Assembly: GCF_020745735.1 (NCBI RefSeq)
Contig: NC_083422.1
Location: forward strand, 21,204,001 to 21,268,000
DNA: 64,000 nucleotides
Direction of reading: 5' to 3'
From: Hemiscyllium ocellatum
Taxonomy: Eukaryota
Within the stretch, counting starts at the first letter, position 1, and the number at the start of each line of letters is the position of its first letter. The notes beneath the pieces were generated by a model. It saw nothing but the letters and a program-made list of their open reading frames with translations, did not search any database and had not been told where the DNA came from. The position numbers were made by a program, and so were the translations under genes. Of this stretch, positions 11,481 through 23,979 are shown one piece after another.

Positions 11481-14400
11481 CCATTCTTTTTTTTTAAAAC
11501 CTCCTTGTCTATTATCCTTTCAGTTCAGGAGCTTTGTCCCTTAGATTTATAGAAGGAGAATGTCCAGTCCATTGGCTCTGTGCCAGCTCTTTGCTCAAGC
11601 AGGCCCAAATTATTCCCACTACCCAGTAATATCCTTTGTTTCAAATGTTAGTCCAATTTTCCAGTGAAAAGAGGCAGTAGATTTTTCCTTAATTGGTTTG
11701 TAAGCCAAAGTATTTCACATGGGAATGATCCCTTGTATCAAAAATCCCCAGACATACCTCCTTGGTGGCTTAGTAATAATTTTATATTGACGATCCCTTA
11801 TCAATAATTCTCAAGGACGGATCACAATTTTTCCTAATTTATTTTATCTAAGCCTTTCATAATATAAAATTCTCTGTTAACCACCTTCATAACCTTCTCT
11901 GGTCAAGTCAAAATTGTTCCAGGATTTCCATCTCTCCTCATTATGTAATTTCCAATTCCTAGCATCAAGCTGCTGCATCTACTCTGCACTTTATCCACAA
12001 TGAAGCAGTTTAACGATACAGATCTTGAAGAAAGTCAGTCCGGCCTGTGGGAAGGATGTCAATCTGACATCTGCTGTTCTTGGAGCAGGAAATAAACATT
12101 GTGGGTAGGGTAAATACATTTCATGTTGTTAATGTCGACCTCAGCCAAGCTGTGGACACTGCCATCAAGACAATGGCCCACAAGATTCAATGACATAGGG
12201 AGACACCCATCTCACATTTTGAAGTTTTACCACTTTTGATCTTCTGTTCATCTTACTCAACCATCTGTCAAGTTAAGATGGCCTGGGTCTCCCTGATCAT
12301 GTCTTTTTCCAGTTCTGCATGTTGACTCTTCATTACGCCCGACAATCCATTGGCCTTTCCCCTTCTTCAGGGTCTAAATCATCTGTCTGCAAAGCACATT
12401 GACCTTGACTTAAACAGTGGCATAACAATGCTCCCTGCCCTGATGCAGCCGTACAATGTCACAGCAGTGTCACTAAAGTGCAACCGAAGAGATCCAAGAT
12501 AAATCCAACAGAATGAGAAAAGATCCAGAGGTCTTCAGTTCTCAAAGGATTGGTCAAACCAGTCCTTCAAATGTTTTAATTCCCTTGAATGGCTGATGGA
12601 GTAGAATATTCTGTGAAGGACTACAAATTACCCCATTAGATGAGAAATGCAGGAATGTCCCTCACCAGAATTTCTTAGATATTTTTCTGCATAACAGATT
12701 TGGTTCTGTCTCATTTTTTGGTTCCCTCCTAAAATGTATTCTGGAAATGCTTCCAGTGAAGCAAAGCTTATTCTTTATCTGATTTGATACCTACTAATCC
12801 AGCAACCAGAAATTCATAGAGTCGTACAACACAGAAACAGACCCTTCTGCCAACCTCAGCCATACTGACCAAGCATCCTGAACTGAAATAGTCCTATTTG
12901 TCTTAAGTCAGTTTTGCATTATTTATATTCTCATCACCTGTTAGCATCCTTCATTAGTGCTTCCTCTTTGCTCTTTTTTTTCCTCCCTGTTTCTCCTGAA
13001 AATGTTGTAACGGATTCTATTTTGTTGCATGCACAGTCAGTTGGCATAATCTACATTCCTGCTGTTGTGCAGACTTCCGATGTCAGTAGGTGGCACTGAC
13101 CTCCAGAACTGGAAGTCAATGCATTCCTGCATCGGTCATCGTGTGCATAGTGTACAGGTACCCTCTAAGTAGCCGTGTGCCTTAGAAGAAGCATTGGTTA
13201 TGATCCCTACAGGGCTGATAACTTTTAAAAAGATATTTAAATCTCCAGTGACTGACTGTAAGGATCACATGGCTCAATTTCAAGTTTTTAAAACTTTTAC
13301 TGCAATTAGCAACCTGAAAGCAACAATGCCGAAGCACTGTTCAATAAGCCGCTTAAACAGTGAACTACACAAAAGACACTCAATAAAATTACTGAAAATC
13401 TCCCTCCACTTGTTTTTATGGCATTGTCTAGTCTAACAACAGGACATTTGTAGCGCTTTTTGTTGAGGTTTCTTCCCGTTCCCTCTCCCATCGTCAAATA
13501 CCTGGATAGGTCCTTGATCTGATGCACATGAGGTAAATTAAGACTGCATCCACTTGCTTTAGCTGATGTCCTCTGAGAACTTTCAGAACAGATGTTGATA
13601 GTGCTTTAGTGCTGTTTTAACAAAATATCCCAAAAGTGCTGCTGTTGTGAGTTGAACTTGTTTTCAATTTCAGTGTAGTGATGTGCTCTCCAGTAGCAAT
13701 GAAAGCTTAAAATAGCTCGGAAAATCCTCAGTCATCATTAGTTTCCTACTATTGGGCTGGTTGCTATTAAGAGAAGTGAATGTTGTAACACAAGTTTAAA
13801 AAAGATAGCATTTTGCTGCAGTAATGAATGTTTGGGATTGCATTAATTGGTCTTCTGAGCCTTTATTATCCTTGGGGTGGCTGTTTCTGGTGTGTACTTC
13901 AACCTCTTTTCCAAGATGGTGGACTGAATTTTACTAAAAATTGGCAAAGTGTCAATTTCATGGAGGATTTCTCTCTGTGAACTTCACCGAGTTCTCTCAC
14001 ACAATTCTCCACTGCTCACCTCCCAGTGTAACATCAACCCTGTATGGGTGCCATTTTCATGTGAGTGTGTGCTCAACAGCAACAGGCGTACTTGCCACTA
14101 TCAGGACCTTCTCGGCTCTATGCCACTGACATTGTATTTAATGCTCAGCTGGGCACCAGGTTAACTGCTGTCAGCTAGGAATAACTCTTTACACAAAGTC
14201 TGGTGGGACATAAGCAATAAAGCCATATTCCTGAGGGCACTGAGGTTGATGGGAAATAGGATCTCACATTTGTAAATGTATTGATCATCACATCATCACC
14301 TTCCTGATCAACTGTCATAATAACTACAAGAATGAAGTTACAGTGGCTGATTTTTTACACGATGATATTTTAGATCACTGTCAAAGAGGAGCCTTAAGCT

Positions 14401-15539
14401 TTCTCCAATACCCAGCAGAGCGTAATAGCTTGTCAGTGTTCAAAATGGGAGAATCACATATTGTAAAGCCTTCAGTTGTTAATGCTAGCTCTTATTGAAT
14501 AGGAAGGCCAGTGAATATAAAACTTACCGAAAAAGCTGCATTTTCTTCTGGAGATCAACAACAAATCAGGATTTGTATCTCAGATAATTGGTCATTACAC
14601 GTGTTTCATTGTAGAATTCTATGATTACAGATATCTGAATCCTGGACTGTGGAACAACCTGATGATAATGATTGCCTCTTGGAATGGCTCACAATTAAAG
14701 CCCACGTCTTCATACAGAAAAAAATGCTCATGCTGATCACTCTATGTGTGGTGGCAGCCATTCTTTCTTTCTATTGGATATTTGTGAATTGAAAATGAGG
14801 GTGGAAGGCAACCAAATCCCACTTCACAGAGTAAACCTTTGGCTCACCTTGATCTGGGTGACACCCCAAATCTTCATATTCCTTTCTTCTTCGCATTCCA
14901 TGTCAACTCCATCAGTTCTGAGTTTCCCCATTTTTCCATCCAACTCTTTCAGTTCAGTCTTCATCTACCATGTTACTTCTGAGGCCCTGCCCTACATCTT
15001 AGATATGCCAAACTATTGTGATGCACCATTTACTGTCCCTCCATTAAAGCCAGGGTGAAATTGACCGTTGACGAATCTTCAAACCCACATTAATCCATGT
15101 CCTTCAATGCACTGTCATCTCCCACCCTTGCACATTCAGTTAGCACTCTGTCATGATTATTATGTCCTCTCCATCCTAGTATGCTGCCTTCAATCCCTAC
15201 AATTTATTTTCCTAATTTGCCAGCCACAGCGGTATCCCTGATAATCCTCCTTCACTAGCAATGAACATACCTCTATGGTTGACCGTGGCCTATTTCGTTA
15301 AATGACTTGGAAGGACAGCTCCAGCTCATGAGTAACCAGAGCCCTGACTGATACCTATGCAGTTGTCGATGGATCTATCAACACTACCTGGTCTGGTTAT
15401 ACTGGACCGGCCGGACTGACCATGTCCATTTCCCCAGATTGTAATCAAATGGAATTCCTGGATCCTCACAGTCCAGGTCAACTCACTGTCTCCAAGTCCC
15501 TGGTTTGAGATTAGATAATGTCCTTGACTGACTATGACT

Positions 15540-16535
15540 GCTAGGAGAAAGTGAGGACTGCAGCTGCTGGAGATCAGAGCTGAAAATGTGTTGCTGGAAA
15601 AGCACAGCAGGTCAGGCAGCATCCAAGGAGCAGGAGATTCGAAGTTTCTGGCATGAGCCCTTCTTCAGGAATGAGGAGAGTGTGCCAAGCAGTCTAAGAT
15701 AAAAGGTAGAGAGGAGGGACTTGGGGGAGGGTCGTTGGAAATGTAATAGGTGGAAGGAGGTCAAGGTGAGGTGATAGGCTGGAATGTGGGTGGGGACGGA
15801 GAGGTCAGGAAGAAGATTGCAGGTTAGGAAGGTGGTGCTGAGTTCGAGGGATTTGACTGAGACAAGGTGGGAGGAGGGGAAATGAGGAAACTGGAGAAAT
15901 CTGAGTTCATCCCTTGTGGCTGGAGGCTTCCTAGGCGGAAGATGAGACGCTCTTCCTTCAGCTGTCGTGTTACTATGGTCTGGCGATGGGGGACGCCACA
16001 TCGGGTGCAGCGGATGCAGTAAGTGATGTGTGTGGAGGTGCAGATGAATTTGTGGTGGATATGGAAGGATCCCTTGGGGCCTTGGAGGGAAGTAAGAGGG
16101 GAGGTGCGGGCGCAGGTTTTGCATTTCTTGCAGTTGCAGGGGAAGGTGCCGGGAGTGGAGGTTGGATTGGTGGGAGGTGTGGACCTGACGAGGGAGTCAC
16201 GGAGGGAGTGGTCTTTTCGGAATGCTGATAGGGGAGGGGAGCGAAATATATTTCTGGTGGTGGGGTCCGTATGGAGGTGGCGGAAATGACGACGGATGAT
16301 ACGATGTATATGGAGGTTGGTGGGGTGGTAAGTGAGGACCAGTGGGGTTCCGTCCTGGTGGCGATTGGAGGGGCGGGGCTCAAGGGCAGAGGAGCAGGAA
16401 GTGGAGGAGATGCGGTGGAGGTCATCGTCGATCACGTCTGGGGGGAAGTTGCGGTCTTTGAAGAAGGAGGCCATCTGGCTTGTACGGTATTGGAACTGGT
16501 CCTCCTGGGAGCAGATGCGGCAAAGACGAAGGAAA
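15540..16535 (-). mobile_element. Penelope-like element 3' portion (GIY-YIG region internally deleted) with terminal repeat
   Basis: ORF 15824-16570 aligns by eye to the + copy at 20700-21588. The YIG segment is missing (RCGV|PHRQ junction). A hammerhead-like motif lies at 15641-15667. Confidence 0.88.
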
Positions 16536-16696
16536 TACCCCTTAGTCGGGCGCAGCAGTTCAGGCAGCATCCAAAGTGCAGCGAAATCGACGTTTGGGGC
16601 AAAAGCCCTTCATCAGGAATAGAAGGGCCTTTGCCCAAAATGTCGAATTCGCTGCACTTTGGATGCTGCCTGAACTACTGTGCTCTTCCAGCACCA

Positions 16697-19659
16697 TAGA
16701 ACATAGAACATAGAAGGATACAGCGCAGTACAGGCCCTTCGGCCCTCGATGTTGCGCCGACCGAGTCCTACCTAACCTATACTAGCCCAATAACTTCCAA
16801 ATGCCTATCCAATGCCCGCTTAAATGAACATAAAGAAGGAGAGTTCACCACTGATACGGGCAGGGCATTCCATGAACTCACAACCCGCTGTGTGAAGAAT
16901 CTACCCCTAACATCTGTCCTATACCTACCACCCCTTAATTTAAAGCTATGTCCCCTAGTAACACCTGACTCCATTAGCGGTAAAAGGTTCTTAGTATCTA
17001 CCCTATCTAAACCCCTAATCATCTTATACACTTCTATCAGATCTCCCCTAAACCTTCTCTTCTCCAATGAGAACAGCCCCAAGTGCCTCAGCCTTTCCTC
17101 ATACGATCTTCCTACCATTCCAGGCAACATCCTGGTAAACCTCCTCTGCACTCGTTCTAAAGCTTCCACATCCTTCCTATAGTATGGCGACCAAAACTGC
17201 ACACAATACTCCAGATGAGGCCTCACCAGAGTCTTATACAACTGCAACATGACCTCAGGACTCCGGAACTCAATTCCTCTGCCAATAAAGCCCAGTACAC
17301 CATATGCCTTCCTCACAGCACTATTTACCTGGGTGGCAACTTTCAGAGATCTGTGTACATAGACACCAAGATCCCTCTGCTCATCCACACTACCAAGTAG
17401 CCTACCATTAGCCCAGTAATCCATCATCTTGTTATTCCTACCAAAGTGAACGACTTCGCACTTAGCTACATTGAATTCCATTTGCCACATTTCCGCCCAG
17501 CTCTGCAACTTATCTATATCCCGCTGTAACCTACCACTTCCTTCCTCACTATCCACAACTCCACCGACTTTCGTGTCATCCGCAAACTTGCTTACCCAGC
17601 TTTCAAGTCCTTCCTCTAGATCATTTATAAAGATAACAAAAAGCAATGGTCCCAAAACAGATCCTTGTGGTACACCGCTAGTAACTGCGCTCCAAGATGA
17701 ACATAATCCATCAACTACTACCCTCTGTCTCCTTCCAGCCAGCCAATTCCTAATCCAAACCTCTAATGTATCCTCAATGCCATACCTCCGAAGTTTTAGC
17801 ATTAGCCTACCATGGGGAACCTTATCGAACGCCTTACTAAAATCCATATACACAACATCTACTGCTTTACCCTCATCCACTTCCTTAGTCACCTTCTCAA
17901 AGAACTCAATAAGGTTTGTGAGGCACGACCTGCCCTTCACAAAACCATGCTGGCTATCCCTGATCACGTTATTCCTACCCAGATGTTCATAAATCTTATC
18001 CCTTACCATTCTCTCTAAGACTTTGCCCACCACTGAAGTCAGACTCACTGGCCTATAGTTACTAGGGCTATCCCTACTCCCTTTCTTGAACAATGGGACC
18101 ACATTCGCTATCCTCCAATCCTCTGGTACTATTCCCGTTGACAATGACGACATAAAAATCCAGGCCAATGGCTCTGCTATCTCCTCCCTAGCTTCCCATA
18201 GGATCCTGGGGTAAATGCCATCAGGCCCAGGAGACTTATCTATATTCATCCTTTCCAATATTCCCAAAACCTCTTCCCTGCATATTTCCAGGGCATCCAT
18301 TCTAATTATTTGTGATTCCATATTCACATCAGCAACAATGTCCTGTTCCTGAGTGAATACTGATGAAAAGTACTGATTTAATGTCTCTCCAATCTCCTCC
18401 GCCTCCACACACAACTTCCCACTACTATCCTTGACTGGACCGATACCTACCCTAGTCATCCTTTTATTCTTGACATACCTATAGAAAGCCTTTGGGTTTT
18501 CCCTAATCCTACCAGCTAAAGACTTTTCATGTCCCCTTCTCGCTTTTCTTAGCTCCCTCTTTAGCTCCTTCCTGGCTACCTTATAACTCTCAATCGCCCC
18601 TACTGAACCTTCACGCCTCATCTTTACATATGCCGCCTTCTTCCCTTTCACAAGGGACTCCAATTCCTTACTAAACCACGGCTGCCTCACAAGGCCCTTT
18701 ACACCATGCCTGACTGGTACATACCTATCGAGGACACGCAGTAGCTGCTCATTGAACAATCCCCACATCTCATTAGTGTTCTTCTCTTGAAGCCTGTTTT
18801 TCCAATCCACACAACCTAAGTCATGCCTCACTGCATCATAATTTCCCTGCCCCCAGCCATAGCTCTTGCCCTGCGGCGCACGATTATCCCTCTCCATCAC
18901 TAAAGTAAAAGTCACCGAGTTGTGGTCACTGTCCCCGAAGTGCTCACCTACCTCCAAGTCTAACACCTGGCCTGGTTCATTACCTAGAACCAAATCCAAT
19001 ATAGCCTCCCCTCTTGTTGGCCTGTCGACATATTGTGTCAGGAAACCCTCCTGCACACATTGTACAAACACCGACCCATCTAATGAACTCGAGCTATAAC
19101 TCTCCCAGTCAATATCTGGGAAGTTAAAGTCCCCCATAACAACCACCCTGCTACCTTCACTCTTTTCCTGAATCATCCTCGCAATATTATCCTCTACTTC
19201 TCTAGGACTATTAGGAGGCCTGTAGAAAACACCTAACAGGGTGACCTCACCTTTCCTATTTCTAACCTCAGCCCAAACCACCTCAGATGGCAAGTCCTCT
19301 TCCATCGTCCATTCCACTGCTGTGATACTGTCTTTGACAAGTAATGCCACGCCTCCCCCTTTTTTACCCCCATGTCTGATCCTACTAAAACATTTGAACC
19401 CTGGAACATGCAACAGCCATTCTTGTCCCTGTTCTACCCACGTCTCTGTAATGGCCACAACATCGAAGTCCCAGGTACCAACCCACGCTGCAAGTTCACC
19501 TACCTTATTCCTTATACTTCTGGCATTGAAGTATACACACTTCAATCCTCCTTTCTGGTTACAGGCACCCTCCTTAGAGATCGCTGCATTATTCCTAACC
19601 TCCCTACACTCAAGGTCCTGTACCCTAAAGCTACAGTCCTGGTTCCCATGCCCCCGCAT
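16697..19659 (-). mobile_element. Young CR1 LINE, 5'-truncated just upstream of ORF2 (no ORF1)
   Basis: ORF2 is uninterrupted. The 3' UTR has GGGCCGAAGGGCCTGT and a (TTCTATG)n tail. CACCA is repeated at both junctions (16692-16696, 19660-19664). Confidence 0.95.
16777..19659 (-). CDS. CR1 ORF2: APE endonuclease plus reverse transcriptase, 960 aa, open
   Basis: EN motifs YFNARS, ITETW, FYRPP, GDFN and SDH are present. RT motifs DFSKAFDKV, GVPQGSVLGP and FADD are present. There are no stops. The ATG at 19659 is residue 28 of the listed 987-aa ORF. Confidence 0.93.
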   Translation of the reverse strand: MRGHGNQDCSFRVQDLECREVRNNAAISKEGACNQKGGLKCVYFNARSIRNKVGELAAWVGTWDFDVVAITETWVEQGQEWLLHVPGFKCFSRIRHGGKKGGGVALLVKDSITAVEWTMEEDLPSEVVWAEVRNRKGEVTLLGVFYRPPNSPREVEDNIARMIQEKSEGSRVVVMGDFNFPDIDWESYSSSSLDGSVFVQCVQEGFLTQYVDRPTRGEAILDLVLGNEPGQVLDLEVGEHFGDSDHNSVTFTLVMERDNRAPQGKSYGWGQGNYDAVRHDLGCVDWKNRLQEKNTNEMWGLFNEQLLRVLDRYVPVRHGVKGLVRQPWFSKELESLVKGKKAAYVKMRREGSVGAIESYKVARKELKRELRKARRGHEKSLAGRIRENPKAFYRYVKNKRMTRVGIGPVKDSSGKLCVEAEEIGETLNQYFSSVFTQEQDIVADVNMESQIIRMDALEICREEVLGILERMNIDKSPGPDGIYPRILWEAREEIAEPLAWIFMSSLSTGIVPEDWRIANVVPLFKKGSRDSPSNYRPVSLTSVVGKVLERMVRDKIYEHLGRNNVIRDSQHGFVKGRSCLTNLIEFFEKVTKEVDEGKAVDVVYMDFSKAFDKVPHGRLMLKLRRYGIEDTLEVWIRNWLAGRRQRVVVDGLCSSWSAVTSGVPQGSVLGPLLFVIFINDLEEGLESWVSKFADDTKVGGVVDSEEGSGRLQRDIDKLQSWAEMWQMEFNVAKCEVVHFGRNNKMMDYWANGRLLGSVDEQRDLGVYVHRSLKVATQVNSAVRKAYGVLGFIGRGIEFRSPEVMLQLYKTLVRPHLEYCVQFWSPYYRKDVEALERVQRRFTRMLPGMVGRSYEERLRHLGLFSLEKRRFRGDLIEVYKMIRGLDRVDTKNLLPLMESGVTRGHSFKLRGGRYRTDVRGRFFTQRVVSSWNALPVSVVNSPSLCSFKRALDRHLEVIGLV

Positions 19660-19719
19660 CACCACTAATCCAGAATCTGGTTTCCAGCATCTGCAGTCAT
19701 TGTTTTTACCCCTTAGTCG

Positions 19720-21850
19720 GTCCTGTCCCCCTTTGTCCAAGAACTCCCCACCTACATTCGGGTAGTAGTTTGGCGCACCGACCTTTGCACCACTGAGGCT
19801 AAACGCCAGCTCGTGGACTCTCCTCCTATTGCCCCCTTGATCATGACCCCACCTCCCACCACCAAACCATCAGATCCCAGACCAATCATAACCTCATCAC
19901 CTCAGAGGATCTCCCATCCACCGCCTCCAGTCTCATAGTCCCACAACACCTCACCGCCCATTTCTACCTCCTGCCCAAAATCCACAAACCTGACTGTCCC
20001 GGCCGACCCATTGTCTCAGCCTGCTCCTACCCCACAGAACTCATCTCTGCATACCTCGACACAGTCCTGTCCCCCTTAGTCCAAGAACTCCCCACATATG
20101 TTCGGACACCACCCAGACCTTCCACCTCCTCCATGATTTTCGCTTCCCCGGTCCCCAAAACCTTTTCTTCACCATGGACATCCAGTCCCTGTACACCTCC
20201 ATCCCCCATCACGAAGGACTCAAAGCCCTCTGCTTCTTCCTTTCCCGCTGTACCAACTAGCACCCTTCTACTGACACCCTCCTTCGACTAACTGAACTGA
20301 TCCACACTCTGAACAACTTCTCTTTCCAATCCTCCCACTTCCTCCAAACCAAAGGAATAGCCATGGGCACACGCATGGGCCCCAGCTATGCCTGCCTCTT
20401 CGTAGGATATGTGGAACAGTCCATCTTCTGCAGCTACACTGGCATCACCCCCCACCTTTTCCTCCGCTACATCAATGACTGTATCGGCGCTGCCTCGTGC
20501 TCCCACGAAGAGGTTGGACAGTTCATCCACTTTACCAACACCTTCCATCCTGACCTCAAATTTACCTGGACTGTCTCAGACTCCTCCCTCCCTTTCCTAG
20601 AATTTTCCATTTCTATCTCGAGTGACCGAATCCAAACGGACATTTACTATAAACCGAACGACACCCACAGCTACCTAGACTACACCTCCTCCCACTCTGC
20701 CCTCTGTAAAAATGCCATCCCATACTCCCAATTCCTTCATTTCTGCCGCATCTGCTCCCAGGAGGACCAGTTCCAATACTGTACAACCCAGATGGCCTCC
20801 TTCTTCAAAGACCACAATTTCCCCGCAGACGTGATCGACGATACCCTCCACTGCATCTCCTCCACTTCCTGCTCCTCCACCTTTGAGCCCCGCCCCTCCA
20901 ATCGCCACCAGGACAGAACCCCACTGGTCCTCACCTACGACCCCACCAACCTCCATATACATCGTATCATCCATCGTCATTTCCGCCACCTCCAACGGAC
21001 CCCACCACCAGAGATATATTTCCCTCCCCTCCCCTATCAGTGTTCCGAAAAGACCACCCCCTCTGTGACTCCCTCGTCTGGCCCACACCCCCCACCAACC
21101 CAACCTCCACTCCCGGCACCTTCCCCTGCAACTGCAAAAAATGCAAAACTTGCGCCCACACCTCCTCCCTTACTTCCCTCCAAGGCCCCAAGGGATCCTT
21201 CCATATCCGCCACAAATTCACCTGCACCTCCACACACATAATTTACTGCATCCGCTGTACCCGATGTGGCCTCCTCTATATTGGGGAGACAGGCCGCCTA
21301 CTTGTGGAACCTCTCAGGGAACACCTCTGGGACACCCGGACCAACCAACCCAACCATCCCATGGCTCAACACTTCAACTCCCCCTCCCACTCCACCAAGG
21401 ACATGCAGGTCCTTGGACTCGTCCATCACCAGACCATAGTAACACGACAGCTGGAGGAAGAGCACCTCATCTTCCGCCTAGGAACCTTCCAAACACAAGG
21501 GATGAACTTAGATTTCTCCAGTTTCCTCATTTCCCCTCCCCCCATCTTGTCTCAGTCAAATCATTCGAACTCAGCACCGCCTTCCTAACCTACAATCTTC
21601 TTCCTGACCTCTCCGCTCCCACCCCCACCCCCACCCCCACTCCGGCCTGTCACTCTCACCTTGACCTCTTTCCACCTATCGCATTTCCAATGCCCCTCCC
21701 CCAAGTCCCTCCTCCCTACCTTTTATCTTAGCCTGCTGGACACACTTTCCTCATTCCTGAAGAAGGGCTCAAGCCCAAAACGTTGACTCTCCTGCTCCTT
21801 GGATGCTGCCTGACCTGCTGCGCTTTTCCAGCAATACATTTTCTGACTGT
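19720..21850 (+). mobile_element. Penelope-like element (RT + Cys-rich linker + GIY-YIG endonuclease), frameshifted, with 3' terminal repeat
   Basis: RT motifs MDIQSLYTSIPH, MGTRMGPSYACLF and RYIND (YIDD) are present. Linker CNCKKCKTC and IYCIRCTRCGLLYIGETGR are present. ORF fragments are 20363-21241 and 21040-21588. Confidence 0.92.
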
Positions 21851-23979
21851 GACTGCTGACAGTCTCCCTTTGATTTGTCTTAGGACTGGTTCCACTGGGC
21901 CTCAAGACATGGTAATTTGGTTAAAGCACATGCAGTGTGTTTGCCATAAAAGCTGCTAGCACATGTTGTAGGTGTAACATTGATGTAGTACAGTGCCACA
22001 CAGCAATAGGTCCATCCCCTTGACTGATCACTGTAGATGTGTTTTTGTATGATATTGTGTATGCACTAAAAGGCAAGGCAAGACAGAAGTGATGTGAGGC
22101 TGCATGAACTGAATAGAGTGGCAAAGCACAAAAAGGCATGACAAGGTTAAGCAAAGCAAAGCAAAGCAGAAATTCCAATACAGAGAATGCTGGAGAAACT
22201 CAGCAGGTCTGGCAGTATCTCTGGTGAGAACAATAGGGTTAACATTTTCTTCTGAGCAGCTCAACATACAATTTGAGCACCTCAGAGACTCTTTAGCATC
22301 TATCACACCTGGAGAAATCACTGCTACTGTCTCTGGCTAGCACAGAATGAGCAATTAAATTACAAATACCAGGTTACAGTGAATGTTCATATAACTAGTG
22401 AAATTTTATCATTGAATTTGAAATTATTTCTATGTTTGTGTTAAGGATATAACAAAAATACACTTTGTATGTCAGACTGTTTACAATGATTACCTTACTT
22501 CTTTTCTTTAAGTTTCTTTGTTACTAAATCTCAATAGTATTTTTAATTTATCATACTCCTGACTCCTGTTAAAATGTGCAATCGAAAAACTACTCAGCAA
22601 CTTTAGAATCAGTGGTTTATGATATTTAACAGATCTCAGGTATCCGTATTTATAAATAATATTGAGGCTTTCATTATATAATCTGTAGCTTTTCTTGTAA
22701 TGCGTGTACATGGATTTTGTGCCTCAGGACATTTATTTAATGGATAATGCTTATGCTATTACTTGGCAGTGAAATTACATGCTGCAATAATGACATTTCA
22801 GGGAGACATGTACTCTTATGAATAGCACATAATATATTATCTATGATTTATTATGAAGCTGTAACTAGGTACAGATGAATTCATTGTATTTTACATCAGT
22901 TGGGAAAATGTGTCTGCCATTGTACATTTTATATTAATATCAAATTATGAAATCTTGAAACATTTAATAGAAAGCCTTTATTGTCATTATAAATTCTCAA
23001 TTTTCCTCCACAATCATGTGACACTCTCAGTAATAGACTGTGTATTGAAGAAAAAAGCAAATTAGTTCTTTGTATGAGTAGATTTATTTTGCTCAGGGCA
23101 TATCCTAATTGGGTTATATATTCCAAATTGCAATGAGAAATTAGCCTATCTAATTACAAAATTTTTAGTTTGTTGACCAGACCGTGAATTAAGATTCTTA
23201 TAAATTTAATGTACAGTGACCAATGTCATAACATTGTTTTGTTTTTGACCTGGCACTAATCATTAACCCATCATTTAAAAACTTGTTCCTTTTATAATGC
23301 GCTCTCAAACACATTAATATCCTTTGACCACTTTTGTAACGTAAATTTTCCTTTCGACATTGTCTATTGCTTGAAAATTTATAAAATATAACATAACATC
23401 CATGGACTAAATATTTGTCTCCATTTTGGGTGATTATGGAAGTGGACAAGTGTGTACAGTAACACAAGACTATTTTCCCAGAGGCTTAATCAGAGGAGGT
23501 TGTGGTACACCCTCCCTATGTGGCAGCTAGCTAACCAAGTAGACTTAATTAGCCTTGCAAAGTGCAGTAATGTGAGGTATGTTGTACACTTGCATTGAGT
23601 TCTTTAACATAGAATTACCACTCCCTGTCTGAATTGATAAGTAGTTTAGATTCATTTTACTTGAAAATCACAAACGGGTTTAGTTAACAGACAAACTGAT
23701 GAATTGCAGTAACAGAACAACTTGTTGACCACATCCTTACTCTAATATGCTGATGGCTGCAGTTTTCACACCAATCATGTAGCTTCACTTTGGTCATTGT
23801 TTCATTTGTTTATCTGCTTTTAAAGCAACATGGCTCTTAAAGAGCTAACACAACATCCTTTCTCACCCAAAATAAAATTACATACGCTAAGGTTGAACAT
23901 ATATATACCTTCAGTATTTGCAAAACTTTTCACACGGATCTAGAACTGAAAAATAATAGTTTGAGTCTGTCTATCATGC

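Larger units (their letters stand above)
16550..19706. mobile_element. Palindromic PLE-derived mini-element (~190 bp of its own sequence: 16550-16696 plus 19660-19706), split by a CR1 insertion
   Basis: Arms of ~60 bp at 16549-16611 and 16622-16685 are inverted. The unit is flanked by the 14-bp direct repeat TACCCCTTAGTCGG at 16536-16549 and 19707-19720. Confidence 0.75.

Noticed and set aside
15612-16699. Several overlapping 100-250 aa ORFs on both strands
   Set aside because: These are alternative-frame and antisense translations of the C-rich PLE sequence, not independent genes.
19660-19740. N-terminal 27 aa of the listed 987-aa ORF (MDKGGQDRL...)
   Set aside because: It lies outside the CR1, in flanking PLE-derived sequence, and starts at TTG rather than ATG. 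It is a chance in-frame extension.
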